Of a DNA stretch of 64,000 bases, positions 25,311-38,433 are shown in pieces (positions within the stretch are counted from its first letter, which is position 1; every line of letters begins with the position of its first letter). Both the position numbers and the translations under genes were made by a program. The notes under the pieces were generated by a model that was given only the letters and a program-made list of their open reading frames with translations, was not told the DNA's origin and did not search any database. Origin of the DNA: Eledone cirrhosa (Eukaryota). The stretch is from contig OZ024741.1 of the NCBI GenBank assembly GCA_964016885.1, forward strand, positions 157,480,001 to 157,544,000. Reading direction: 5' to 3'.

Positions 25311-26039
25311 GGTGAGGTGGTGGAAGCAGCTGCACCCCGAACAGTTCCGGCCTCTTTTCCATCTGTTTGTGGTGCTGCAAGTGCTTCAGGTATCAGCTTG
25401 TGGGGATGGAGGATGGGGCGTGGGGCACCGAGTTGTTTGTGGTGGGATTGATAATGGTGGTAGTGGTGGTGGTGGTGTTGAATTGGTTGTTGTTGTTGCT
25501 GCAGTGGCAGTGGTGGTGGTGGTTGTTGTGGTTGTAGTGGCAGTGGTGGTGGTGTTGGTGGCCTTAGTAATCTAGCCATATACTAGTATATCAGCCTAGG
25601 ATATGATAAAAGGTCAAGTGGGCCTCAGCAAGATTTGTATTCAGAACTCAAGGATCTGAACTAAATTCCACAAGTTATTCTGTCTGAAGCTTAAATGCTT
25701 CTTCCAGTTTGGGATGGTTATATAGGCTGACTAGGAAAGAGTGATGCTAGAGCTGTGAAAATGTGTATGCATTAATTTTAAATCTTCCAATCAATAACTG
25801 CATTTTTTCTTTGCAGGAAATATGTTGAAAAATAAACCTCATGAGAGTATTTTTGTCATTTTATGAACTTTTCAGCTGAACCTCATAGAAAACAGCAATA
25901 TGATTGTATCATATTAAATATTGAAGTCTTTCTTCTAATACTGCAAATGTTTACAGCAGTCTGACCATTAGTGAAAATACTATGAACATTTGAATTAACA
26001 AATCCAATTTTTAGATATTTTCAGCTGAATCATTACAGG

Positions 26040-26880
26040 ATTTTAAAAGTTAAAATTGTACAATGAGTACAAGCATTCTGCATGTTATTTTTTTCACTCA
26101 TATATTTGATCTGTTCTTGTTTCATGCTTTGTTGCAAAAATCCAGCAAGGGTTGTTTTCCCAACCTCAATTGGAATATTATCCAATGCAGCAGCTTTGTT
26201 GTTTGCAAAAGTGCATTTTTCAAATTCTTTTCTTGTGAAATTAGCTGTGTTTATTGGTAGAGTTTCATTCACAACTTGTTGGGTTGGAGCTTTAGTGATG
26301 TCAAGTGGTTGACCAGGAAGTATCAAGATGTCATCTTTCCATTTGGCAATACACACCTTGAAAGTGTTTGCTTTTATCTTCCTGTGTTTGGGCCTTTTCC
26401 TCATTGTAATTTCGTTAATGGTTTTCCAAACGATTTTGTGGGGGGTTTCTTTTTGTGTTTTGAGACATAACTATTGTCTTCAATTTTCTCCTAAGTAGAC
26501 ATCTCGTGCCCTTTCTCATAAGTCTAATTTAGGGCCGTCTTAGCATTATATAGGTCTCTGTTAGTTGAACGCATCATCTGTTCTTGCTTACACGGAACAT
26601 CATTTTAGTTAATCTTGCTTTCTCTTGATTTTCTTGTTTTCCCATGGTATCCTTGTTTTTCCATTTCACATTTTTGGGGGAAATGTTTTTCTGCAGTTTC
26701 TCTATAATCATGATGTTGTAAACAGAATTTGCAGTTTTGTCATTGGTCTCAGATTTCAAGATTTGAAATCTGTTCTTAACTTCTACAGAATAGAACAAAT
26801 TGTTCCAATCACAGGGGAACCTCGTCTCACTGCATTTTTTTTTCTTTTGTTGCATGCAGGCTCAATCTTGTTCTTGCTGT
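26040..26880 (-). mobile_element. Highly decayed RTE-like LINE fragment (linker and RT start)
   Basis: YSVEVKNRFQIL and NNKAAALDNIPIEV motifs. Confidence 0.6.
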
Positions 26881-27084
26881 TATTATGCAATGATCAGATC
26901 CAACTGAATAGAAGGAACTATAACCTTCACAGTTGACAATAATGTTATCTATTTGTCCTTTGCATAGTTGATCTGTAATTTTACCTTCTTTTATTTACAT
27001 ATATATATTGTTCTTTCATTGGGATGCAAGCCAATACTGCAGCTTCGATTTTACTCACATTATTGTTATGTATGTTAGGTAATT

Positions 27085-27255
27085 CCGAAGGAAAATCAAA
27101 GGAAAAAAGAGTGCTCTATGTATAGAACAGAGCTATTTAATTAGAAAGTGAACAACATAAAATATAACTATTCCATTACCAAAGGTTTCTGGATCACAGA
27201 CGATAATAATATGTCTGGATCGGTCGTCAAACAGAGATGTTATAGATAAAAGATA
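27085..27255 (-). mobile_element. Diverged pLTR with decayed hammerhead
   Basis: TTGACGA-CCGATCCAGAC..GTCTG.GATC-GAAACCTTTGGTA; homologous to 6270-6420. Confidence 0.55.
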
Positions 27256-27708
27256 TGAAATGAGATTTAAAATCTGTTAAAAATTGGAAGTGAGGCTGGA
27301 AAAATAAAGGGGAAATATATATAACAAAAGAAGAGTAAGAAAAGTAATATATAAAAAATATTGCAATATAGAAAAAGACATGCGTGTACATACATATACA
27401 CACACATACACACATTCAGATAAAAGGAAAATATATATATATATGTATATATATATACATACATGTATATATACATATACATACATGTACACGGACATAT
27501 ACATATATATACACATATATACAGATACACACACACACATATAAAAACATATACAGACATACATAGTCATATACAAATACATATACACACTCACATAAAT
27601 CATATACATATATATATATATATATACATGCATATATACATATATATGTATATATGGCATAGACACAAGTTGTATAGACACACTAGTCTGCAAAAACATA
27701 CATACGAG

Positions 27709-27772
<64 letters not shown>

Positions 27773-27773
27773 G

Positions 27774-27915
27774 TAATAATAATAAATTTGAAGACTAAAA
27801 TCGAGAGAGGGCTCGATAAGGATAAATATATATCAAATATATAAGAACCGTAGAGCAAATATTTATTAAAATAACAGATTAAAATTTAAGCAAAGAATCG
27901 CTGCTTTCACCCTTA
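27774..27915 (-). mobile_element. pLTR-like fragment, same family as 4672-4838
   Basis: Near-identical sequence ending at the same point (CACCCTTA). Confidence 0.6.
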
Positions 27916-28099
27916 CATATATACATATATATATATATATATATACGAAATGATATGGAGAAATCACACACATAGAGTTATACATACAATCACATACGCA
28001 AAACTATAAATAGATATATGCATGTATGTGTCCAGTGGAAGTATAAACAGCTTGGAGCATACCAAAATACAAATGAACACACGCAGATAACAACACACA

Positions 28100-28440
28100 T
28101 AATAATAAAAATGAAAATATTGTGTACAGTGCTCAGGTGCACTACAACTCATCAAAAGTGTATGTATAGTACATAGGGTAATGTAAAAAAGTCAGGAAAA
28201 TGAACAGTGCATGAGTCATGATATACACATGTGTGCATGTGTATGGAAGGAGGACATCAGGTGTAGTTTTGGCGAATTTCAGTCTTAAAGGATGCAGTGT
28301 CTCGGCAGCTAACAACTGACGCAGGCAGTTTGTTCCATGCTTCAGCAACTCTAAGTGTGAAAAAATGTTTCCGAAAGTCATGGGAGCTGTGCTGTTTTCT
28401 GATTTTGTAGGCATGTCCACATGTGTTAGACACATGGAGA
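28100..28440 (-). mobile_element. CR1-clade 3' fragment
   Basis: GHAYKIRKQHSSHDFRKHFFTLRVAEAWNKLP. Confidence 0.85.
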
Positions 28441-28706
28441 TCATAAATACGTATATGCATACACACGCGACCACATATATATAAAATTATATATATATAT
28501 ATGCACACACATACCCATATATACACACATACATACATACACACACATATATATATATATGTATATACATATACACATGCACACATACACATTTCTAATT
28601 AAATATATATATATATTTTTGTTTCTAATCATATATGTAGTTGTCACCAAATTGTCCAAGCTCATTTGACCGCCAGTATATCAAAAGAAACCTGCATCTC
28701 CAATGC

Positions 28707-28781
28707 ATTTTGTCTGACGAGAACATGTTTTGTTTTATGTTATACATAAACCTTGCATCTTCGAAATATATATAATGAAAT
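28707..28781 (+). ncRNA. Type-I hammerhead motif (same family as 17111)
   Basis: ATTTTGT-CTGACGA-GAACATG/CATCTTC-GAAAT-ATAT-ATA-ATGAAAT. Confidence 0.7.
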
Positions 28782-28836
28782 AAATAGAGATGATATAAAG
28801 TATATATCTTTCATTTATTATTATTATTATATATAT

Positions 28837-28870
<34 letters not shown>

Positions 28871-29211
28871 GGAGGCACATGGCTTAGTGGTTAGAGCATT
28901 GGGCTTGCAATCGAAAGGTTGTGAGTTCAATTCTCGGACCGGGTGATGTGTTGTTTCCTTGAGCAAGACACTTTATTTCACATTGCTCCAGTTTACTCAG
29001 CTGTAGAAATGAGATGATAGCGACTGGGGTCCCTATCATTCGACTGCAAAGTGGTCGTGGAGGTGCCATGGCAAAAAAGCACCCAGCACTCACTGTAAAT
29101 GAGGTTGGTGTTAGGAAGGGTATCCAGCTGTAGAAATCAAGCCAGAATCAATTCCCGTCCCACCCCTGCAAGCAGGGAAAAGCAGACATAAAATGATGAT
29201 GATGATGATGA
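28871..29211 (+). mobile_element. Full-length SINE family 2
   Basis: A box TGGCTTAGTGG, B box, CORE-like body, RTE-type tail and (GAT)n; head stub repeated at 30052-30090. Confidence 0.9.
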
Positions 29212-29330
29212 TATATATATATAATGGAACTATACACTTCACAGTTGACAAAGATGTTATCTATTTGACATTTGCATAGTTGATGCTCTGTAATTTTACA
29301 TTCTTTAATATATATATATATATATATATA

Positions 29331-29548
29331 TCATCATCATCATCATCATCATCATCACTGTTTTACATCCGTTCTTCCATGCTAGCATGGATTAGACGGG
29401 TTGTCCTGTTGTGGGCAGTGTCTGGTCGGCTGACCATGCCTTGCTCATACAGGAACTGATTTGGCTTGATTTCTACAGCTGGATGCCCTTCCTAACACCA
29501 ACCTCATTTACAGTGAGTGCTGGGTGCTTTTTTGTGGCGCCTACATGC
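29331..29548 (-). mobile_element. RTE 3'UTR fragment
   Basis: Near-identical to 30118-30332. Confidence 0.85.
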
Positions 29549-29847
29549 CATATATATACAGATGCATACCTATATCTCCAAATTATTTTGTTGAGCAAAA
29601 ATTTGCCAAAACTACTACTATAGTTCATAGTAATAGTTCGGCTACTGTCTTCTTAACACCCCACTCCTTACTGATTAACCTCGATGTCACGTGATTGATT
29701 CTTTTGAATTTGCCACCGACCAAGTAGGCAGTGATTTTTTTCAATGTCTTGGAACTTAGTCCACGCTTTGCTTTTACCCATCCACTGAATTATTTTTGTA
29801 TGAGTTCCCTGTGTCCACGCATTGCCTGGGAACTTAGCTGAGAATAG

Positions 29848-29931
29848 ACTTCCCTGATGACGAAAGGCCTTCTCCATGTTTTCCATTCGGAAACCATGTT
29901 TATTCCCTTTCAGAAACTAATTAGTTGGAGT
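29848..29931 (+). ncRNA. Type-I hammerhead motif with extended stem II
   Basis: ACTTCC-CTGATGA; GAAAGG/CCTTTC with an inner hairpin; GAAAC-TAATTA-GTT (palindromic); GGAGT. Confidence 0.7.
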
Positions 29932-29979
29932 GAAATTTTAGTAAGTAAGTTAATTTTTATAATTTTCTTATTTTACGTT

Positions 29980-30053
<74 letters not shown>

Positions 30054-30086
30054 AGGCACATGGCTTAGTGGTTAGAGCAATGGCCT

Positions 30087-30117
<31 letters not shown>

Positions 30118-30121
<4 letters not shown>

Positions 30122-32015
30122 TCATCATCATCATCATCATCACCGTTTTACGTCCGTTCTTCCACGCTAGCATGGGTTAGACGGGTTGTCCTGTTGTGGG
30201 CAGTGTCTGGTCGGCTGACCATGCCTTGCTCATACAGGAACTGATTTGGCTTGATTTCTACAGCTGGATGCCCTTCCTAACACCAACCTCATTTACAGTG
30301 AGTGTTGGGTGCTTTTTTGTGGCACCTACATGTCCACTTTACAGTGTGGGCTGGGTGCTTTTTTGCCGTGGCACCTCCACGACCACCTTGCAGTGGTCGG
30401 GTGTGGGGGCATATTGTCTATATGCTTCAGCTTGTACCCATGGGAGGTCGGGTACTCTGTATTACTGCGTGACGCCAGAGGTCACGGTCGTGTGTCATCG
30501 CCTTTGAGAGGTGTAATTGGGTAAGGTCGGCTTTTATCACCTCATCCCAGGTCATCTTGGGTCTCCTCACTCCGCGGTTTCCATCGACTTCTAGTGCTCT
30601 GCACCTTTTTATGCAGCTGTCATCCTTCATACGCATCACATGTCCATACCAATGCAGCCACCTCTCCTGCACACAGCATTTGATTCCTCTTATGCTCAGT
30701 CTCTCTCTCAATTCATTTATGCTTTGTCGTTCGCGTATATTACTGTTACACATCCATCGGAGCATGAAGGCTTCGTTTCTCTCTAATCTACGTAAGTCTT
30801 CCACCTTCAGCGCCCAGGTCTCACTACCATGCAACATCGCTGTTCAGATACACGCACCATACAGTCTGCCTTTCATTTTGAGGGAGAAGCCTTATGCAGC
30901 TTGCATCTTCCATCCCGTTCTTACCCTAGTTATTGTACTTTCTGAACACCCACCTCCGCTGCTAATTCGGTCACCTAGGTAGCAGAAGCTGTCTACTGTT
31001 TCTACAGAGCTCTCCCAGAGATTGGTGGTACTTGTTTCCTGTGGCTGTTTGCTGCTTGCTGTCCCAGCACAGCTGCTGCATGTGAAGCCTACATTCTTAA
31101 TTAAGCTTCCTGAGATCCCGCTACATCTCTTGTGTACATTTGGGGCAGAGAATGGAGTTCCGACCTACACCTTTCCTACATACTGAGCAAGGCCATTTCC
31201 CTGAGGAGATCCGGGTTCTGTTTTCTCGTCTACTTACAAGGACCTTAGTCTTTGTCATGTTGACTTTGAGACCCTTTCTTTCTAGTCCCTACTTCCAAGT
31301 TTGGAATTTCCATCTCTAGTTCTACCAGAGATTCAGCTATAAGTGCGAGGTCATCAGCATACAGGAGTTCCCATGGGCATCCGGTCTTAAACTCCTCCGT
31401 TATTGCCTGCAGGACTATGATGAACAGGAGGGGGCTAAGAACAGAGCCCTGGTGGACACCAACCTGTACGCTAAATTCCTCGCTATACTCATTGCTAATC
31501 CTAACTTTGCTGACTGCTCCCCTATACATGGCTTGTACCGCTTTCACAAGCCATCCATCTACTCCTAGTTTTCTAAGAGCCCACCAGATTACAGCACGTG
31601 GAACTCTGTCAAACGCTTTCTCAAGATCGACAAATGCCAGGTAGAGTGGCTTACTTTTAGCTAGGTACTTTTCCTGTAACTGCCTGACAAGGAAGAGGGC
31701 ATCAGTGGTGCCTCTTCCTGGTACAAACCCGAATTGCATCTCACCTAGTTTTACCCAGACCCTAATCAACTGTGCTATAACTCTTTCTGTTACTTTCATG
31801 ACCTGGTCCATCAGCTTTATACCTCTATAGTTTCCTCTATCTAGTGCATCACCTATACCTTTGCAGCAGTTGACAATTTTGCTACTGCACCAATCTTTTG
31901 GTATGATACCTTCTAGTATTACCTGGTTAACAATACGTGTGGTTATAGTGTGACCTACAGACCCAGATGCCTTCAGCATCTTGGCAGCTATACCCGATGG
32001 ACCGGTTGCCTTCCC
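30118..32015 (-). mobile_element. RTE LINE, 5'-truncated, few lesions
   Basis: RT ORF 31245-32018 (FVDLEKAFDRV, GVHQGSVLSPLLF, LYADD); C-terminus 30427-30837; (GAT)n tail. Confidence 0.95.
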
Positions 32016-32345
32016 CAAACCACTATCTCTTTCTCTCTATCTTTCTCTCTGTGTGTTTATGAAGGTACCCAGAAAAACCCCATATCTCGGGAACCTGTGC
32101 TCTGATTTACGCGAAACTTGTTTATTCCATTTGTATTCCCATTTCAGCGTCAACTTCCTTTTAAAGTATTTTCTCATTATGCACCCTTTTGGCTGTATTA
32201 CATTACAGACAAGCAAGCAATCACAGACATTTAGTATTATATAGATAGATTGGTAAAACATTACCTCAAAGGATAGAAACCAGTAGCTACGAATTCTAAT
32301 ATACTTGTGATTCAAAAACTCGATGTTCGAATTAATTTTGTTTAT

Positions 32346-32550
32346 AATAATTGTTTCTACTTTAGGCACAAGGCCAGCAATTTTGGGGGAGGGAAAATCG
32401 ACCCCAGTACATTACTGGTGCTTTATTTTATTGACCCCATAAGGATGAAAGGCAAAGTTAACCTCAGTGGGATTTGAACTCAAAACGTAAAGGCCCATAA
32501 CTCTATGCTGCAAAGCATGGTGTCTGACGCTCTATCAATACTGCCAATCC
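32346..32550 (-). mobile_element. SINE family 1
   Basis: Same diagnostic motifs. Confidence 0.85.
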
Positions 32551-32838
32551 AGAGTTTATTCAGGTGTGTTGCTTGTTTCATGATTGATCACCTCATGGTT
32601 CGATCTCTATTGATCAGGCTCGACTCTGGAATCAAAAGCTCATCAGACTTCTGTTAGTTTAATGATGGAATGAATCCCATAGTGCTAAAAAAATTATAAA
32701 TATATATATATAACCAGCCTGTATTAATCAGGAAACGAAATTGAATTACATTTTGTATTTTCCAAGTATTTACCATATTCACCAATGCCTCTTGCCACAT
32801 TTTTATACACATATCCTAAATTCTAAACATTCCTGATG

Positions 32839-32940
<102 letters not shown>

Positions 32941-33378
32941 TACACATGCAAGAGAGATGCACACAACTTACTTCTACCATCAGAACCACATGCATGTGTG
33001 AAAAATTAACAGAATGATCCTATTCTGCTATTACAAACAGGAAATATAGTCACATTGATTACTCTGGATATTGATGATGATTGTGATGATGTTTTATGCT
33101 TTTGATTTATCATTTTTACAAATTTACAATATCAGTTTTATTAACATATTACATTTTTTTAAATTATTTTTATTTTATTTTATTTTGTGATTTACCACTA
33201 AGGATTCTCTTATGTTGTTCTTCAATATGTAATCTATCTTGTATTTTAGAAAACTCATCCTCAGATATTTTCTCTTAATGTTATAAACATGAATGTATGT
33301 AAGGTAGTGGGGGGAGGAGAAAAATACTAAAACGGACACACAGAAATGGAATCTGAAATACTTTTCCTTCTAAGGCCA

Positions 33379-33412
<34 letters not shown>

Positions 33413-34169
33413 TCCCTCTCACTATCACTCTCTCTGTCTATCCCTCTCTGTCACTCTATCACTCTCTATGTCTATCCCTCATTCTCACTATATCCCAAAT
33501 AACATGGTTAGATCTCAATATAGAATTCTATCCATATGGTGCTTTCATGGCAGAATTGAACACTTTAAAGAAAAAACAAACAAACAAAGACCCACAAAAA
33601 CTTATGATTTTCAGATGAGTGAGTTGATCAGATGACAGGAAATGATACTTAGAGATTTCCTGTTCATAATTCTTGAAAACAGCACTTAACTTTATATTTC
33701 ATATAACTTTTATGAAGAAACTTTGCCTGGCTTTGTGGTTAGGATCTTTAACTCCTGAAACTTCCCAAGAATCTTTTAAAAGGTGCAGTCTTGTCGGAGG
33801 CCAGCTAATTGCTGTAAGATACAAACATCATTTCAAATTTCATTATTCTTACCTGTATCACATGACCTAGTGGTTAAGGTATTGAACATATGATCATAAT
33901 TAGCTACTGCTAGTTAATCCTAGCTAGTCAAAATTACTCTATATGCAAATGAGCATATCCAGCCAATGTTTCATCCATACAAACCATATAGCATTTAGCT
34001 TATTCCCATTTCAGTACCGAGTGAGTAAATATTACTGATGAAAGATGAAATCTAGACACAGCTGTCTGGCAATCTTACCAGTTACTGAGATATTTTTGAC
34101 ATGAAGTGAGACACTTGTATGTTTATTATACATAAACATATTGTATATTCTTTCATATATGCCCCTATT

Positions 34170-34350
34170 ATGAGCATAATGACATGGGTTCAATTACTGG
34201 TCTAGTTGGTACAGTGTGTTTATGAGCAAAACACCTCATTTCATTTGCTCCAATTCACTTAGATGAAAATATGTACCAGCAGTAGCTGGGAGTTAAGCCT
34301 GTGATGGACTGGCATTATGTCTGGCCTTGTGCCTAAAGTAGAAACAATTA
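34170..34350 (+). mobile_element. Old SINE family-2-like copy
   Basis: GGGTTCAATT..TGAGCAAAACACCTCATTTCA..CTCCAATTCACTTAG. Confidence 0.5.
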
Positions 34351-34909
34351 TGTCCAGCAAGGAAGTTTCGACTCTCAGTCACTTAACAGTGATGAAAAAG
34401 GAAACCAGGGATGAATACTGGCCTATTGTGTCTGATGGCTTGGGATAGACATTAACATTTTTTTTAACTTACCTGTATAAATAGTCATGTCTCATATGTA
34501 ATACAGATGCAACATTGATTTTCCAACATTTTGGCTCCAGCACAGTGATGGTATATCAGTTTTTCCAGACTAGATAATAATCCACTAGAAACATTATAAA
34601 ATTAGAAACACTTTCCCTACACACCAACTATAATAATATGAAAGGTCAAATATTTAAAACTAAATATAATGCCACATGCTTGACTGGCCACTGGGAATTC
34701 AAATTCCCAGTGGCCATCCACCATAATATCCAAATAAACAGAAGTGCTAGACCATAAGTTGCTGGAAAATCAGTGTTTTACTTGTATGGTAAATAAAAAA
34801 CGTCTATTAACTGAGATTAACTAAGCAATTAGTAGAAAATACTCCGACTGTATTGTTTAAAAAACAACAAACAAGGGAGATAACACCAATAAGGTAAAAA
34901 ATGTTTTAC

Positions 34910-35126
34910 CCCTTTAGTATTTACATTACTCTATATATACTATTGTATTTTCACGGTAAAGTCTTTACCTCACATAATATCTCACATAATATCAGATCTA
35001 TGAGATTTTGATATTTATTTTGAGAGCAATACCATAACATCACTATGAGTGGCCAGTTACAGCTGGTTTGAATAGAAAAAGGTAAGAGAATTCTGGCCGG
35101 ATATGGCCGGCTTAAATGCAAAAGGG
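34910..35126 (+). mobile_element. piggyBac-type MITE
   Basis: TIR CCCTTTAGTATTT...AAATGCAAAAGGG; flanks TTAC and TTAA. Confidence 0.8.
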
Positions 35127-35130
35127 TTAA

Positions 35131-35248
35131 CAATGATTTCTGATTTAAAGCACAAGGCCAACAATTTATAGGGGAGGGAAAAGTCAATGAAATCGACCTA
35201 GTGCATTACTGGTGCTTTATTTTATTCACCCCATACGGATGAAAGGCA
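35131..35248 (-). mobile_element. SINE family 1 fragment running into the minisatellite
   Basis: Tail and central domain up to GATGAAAGGCA. Confidence 0.75.
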
Positions 35249-35936
35249 CCAACGGTGGATTTAGTGGTGGCATCAATGGTGGATGTAGTGGTGAACCGTG
35301 GTGGTGGTGGCAGCAATGGTGGATGTAGTGGTGGCGCTGGTGGTGGTGGTGGTGGTGGAACCAATGGTGGATGTAGTGGTGGTGGTGGCACCAATGGTAG
35401 ATGTAGTGGTGGCGGTGGTGGTAGCACCAACAGTGGATTTAGTGGTGGCAGTGGTGGTGGCACCAACGGTGGATTTAGTGGTGGCAGTGGTGGTGGTGGT
35501 GGAGGTGGTGGTGGCACCAACGGTGGATGTAGTGGTGGTGGTGGTGGTAGAACCAATGGTGGATGTAGTGGTAGCGGTGGTGGTGGTGGTGGCGGCACCA
35601 ATGGTGGATGTAGTGGTGGCGGTGGTAGTGGTGGTGGCACCAACAGTGGATGTAGTGGTGGCGGTGGTGGTGGCGGTGGTGGTGGTGATGGTGGCACCAA
35701 CGGTGGATGTAGTGGTGGCGGTGGTGGTGGTGGTGGTGGTGGTGGTGGTGGCACCAACGGTGGATGTAGTGGTGGCGGTGGTGGTGGCGGTGGTGGTGGT
35801 GATGGTGGTGATGGTGGTGGCACCAACGGTGGATGTAGTGGCGGTGGTGGTGGCGGTGGCACCAACGGTGGATGTAGTGGTGGCGGTGGTGGTGGCACCA
35901 ACGGTGGTGGTGGTGGTGGTGGTGGCGGTGGTGGTG
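35245..35936. repeat. Minisatellite: GGCACCAACGGTGGATGTAGT plus variable (GGT)n, about 16 units
   Basis: Direct inspection; length variation is in triplets. Confidence 0.9.
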
Positions 35937-36104
35937 AATAAAGGGGCTGTCAGTCCAAGCATATGTAACTATATCAGGAAGTTGCATTGGTTGGCAGATA
36001 AGATAGGAAATGTTATAGTCATTGATAGATTTATGGAGAGGCTCAGCACTGTGTGTAGGAAGATGGAGGGGTGTTGGGATAGATTTGTTTAAATTGATGA
36101 TGGG

Positions 36105-36129
36105 GGAGAGAGAGAGAGAGAAGGGGAGA

Positions 36130-36200
<71 letters not shown>

Positions 36201-36205
36201 GGAGA

Positions 36206-36262
<57 letters not shown>

Positions 36263-36832
36263 GGAGAGAGAGAGAAGGAGAGAGAGAGAGAGAGAAGGAG
36301 AGAGAGATGAAAAAAGAAATTGTGAAAAGGAAAAAGAGACAGCTGGAATCATCATCATTATCGGCGCCATCATAATTATCATTATCACCATCATCATCAC
36401 CAACATGATCATCATCATCACCATTATTATCGACTCTATTATCTTCATCACTCTCATTATCATCAACGTCATTATCATCATCATCATCATCATCACTATC
36501 GTCATCACCAACATCATCATCATCACCAACATCATCATCATCATCATCATCATCACTATCGTCATCACCAACATCATCATCATCACCATCACATCTTCAT
36601 AATCATCATCATCATCACCATCATCGTCAGCATCATCATCACATCTTCATAATCATCATCATCATCACCATCATCATCAGCATCACCATCACATCTTCAT
36701 AATCATCATCCTCATCATCATCATCACCATCATCGTCAGCATCATCATCACATCTTCATAATCATCATCACCATCATCATCACCATCATCATCAACATCA
36801 TCATCATCAACAACATCATCATCATCATCATA
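36105..36832. repeat. (GA)n tract followed by a (CAT)n-rich array
   Basis: Direct inspection. Confidence 0.9.
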
Positions 36833-37029
36833 AACACCAACTTAATAATGAGCAAATAAGTTATATTAGTAAATTACTCCAGAGTCTGAATTATTTTCCA
36901 AATTATTTGAAAATTAAAAGCAATGTCTTTCATTAGAAATATTGTCATAAAAGGATTAATATGTTTAATGCAGTAAAAAAAAAAATTAAAAGCTGCATAT
37001 GTATATATTCTTTTTATTATTAAGCTTAA

Positions 37030-37178
37030 CCCTTTAGCATTCACATAACTCTATATTTATGACATCTTGATATTATTTATTTTAAGAACAATACCTTAAC
37101 ATCAGTATGAGTGGCCGGTTTCAGGCAGTTTGAACAGCGAAAGGTGAGAAAATTCTGGCTGGTTTAAATCCTAAAGGG
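37030..37178 (+). mobile_element. piggyBac-type MITE, deleted variant
   Basis: TTAA|CCCTTTAGCATT...AATCCTAAAGGG|TTAA. Confidence 0.85.
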
Positions 37179-37181
37179 TTA

Positions 37182-37402
37182 AGGGTGGTAGATTTGCAGT
37201 ATCGGTAGAGTGTCAGACAACATGCTTTACAGCAGAGAGTTACAGCCCTTTATGTTCTGAGTTTAAATATCACCAAGTTTAGCTTTGCCTTTCATCCTTA
37301 CGGGGGTTGATAAAATAAAGTACTAGTAATGCACTGGGGTTGATTTAATCGACTTTCCCCTCCCCCAAAATTGCTGGCCTAGTGCCTAAATCAGAAACCA
37401 AT
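37182..37402 (+). mobile_element. SINE family 1, long variant
   Basis: Directly abuts the MITE TTAA. Confidence 0.85.
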
Positions 37403-37935
37403 ATTAAGCTAAAGGGTTATTTTTATATTTCTCAGTAATATTTGGGTGTGTTTCATGAAATATCAACTTCAAGAATTCTTTATGTTTCCTAGTAATAGTT
37501 TGAGTTCATAATATGAAAAGAAAATTGGAGAACATTAGTATATAGGGCGTTTGTTTGAAGTGCTGATGGAAAATGATGCAAGTTAAACAAACAAGACATA
37601 TTAGAAGACATAACAAAGCAAATGAGATAGCAGTATATATGAGAACAAGTTTGAAAGATGGAAGTGGAATGGATGGTTTTGACAAGTGTTCCAGTTGTTC
37701 AATCAGTAGTGTGGCCTTTTCGTGAAGTGGCTGAGTATCTCACTGATACATTTACCTTTATCATAGTTCTATAAAGGAATGTAACTTTAACATAATTTTC
37801 AAAGAGATTCAGCATAAAACAATGTGGTGTGAGAAGACTAACCCTTTGAATTCCAGGTACAGTCACCTGATGCACTTTCAAACAGTTTCTGTCTGTCCAT
37901 TCACAAAACATGATCTGACATGCGGTTAAGGTAAA

Positions 37936-38119
37936 TAATTGTTTCTACTATTGGCACAAGGCCAGCAATTATCCCAGTGTATTACTGGTACTTTATTTTA
38001 TCGACCCCATAAGGATGAAAGGCAAAGTTAACATCGGCGAGATTTGAACTCAGTCCGTAAAGGGACATAACTGTGCTGCAAAGCATGGCGTCCGACCTTC
38101 TACCGATACTGCCAATCCA
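37936..38119 (-). mobile_element. SINE family 1, short variant
   Basis: Same diagnostic motifs. Confidence 0.9.
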
Positions 38120-38371
38120 AAGGTAAATAATACTTGCTTAAGATACCATGCTATGGGATTGAAACCTGGACCTTATAATTAGAAAGTGAACTTCTTAACC
38201 ATTCAACCATACAAATCAAAGATACAGTGTGCCTGAATGAGCAAAAATATTGGGTAGTTGCAGCTGGAATGCCTTTGATCATAACTTTGCTTGATCAGAG
38301 CCAACTCAGAGTTAAACAACAACCACTACATACACACACACATACTCACTCACTCACTCACTCTCTCTCCC

Positions 38372-38433
<62 letters not shown>

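Noticed and set aside
22545-25575. Plus-strand ORFs over the CRE element, and antisense ORFs over the RTE copies
   Set aside because: Shadow frames of retroelement coding sequence.
28871-28945. tRNA gene
   Set aside because: It has A/B boxes but continues into a SINE body and is multicopy, so it is a SINE head.
32570-32655. Minus-strand CTGATGA...GAAAC in a dispersed repeat
   Set aside because: No NUH or stem III after GAAAC, and the core is mutated in the 5784 copy.
35206-36092. Gly/Cys-rich loricrin-like ORF and overlapping Pro-, Thr-, Val- and His-rich ORFs
   Set aside because: All arise from a triplet-based minisatellite and several start inside a SINE; there is no signal peptide or splice evidence.
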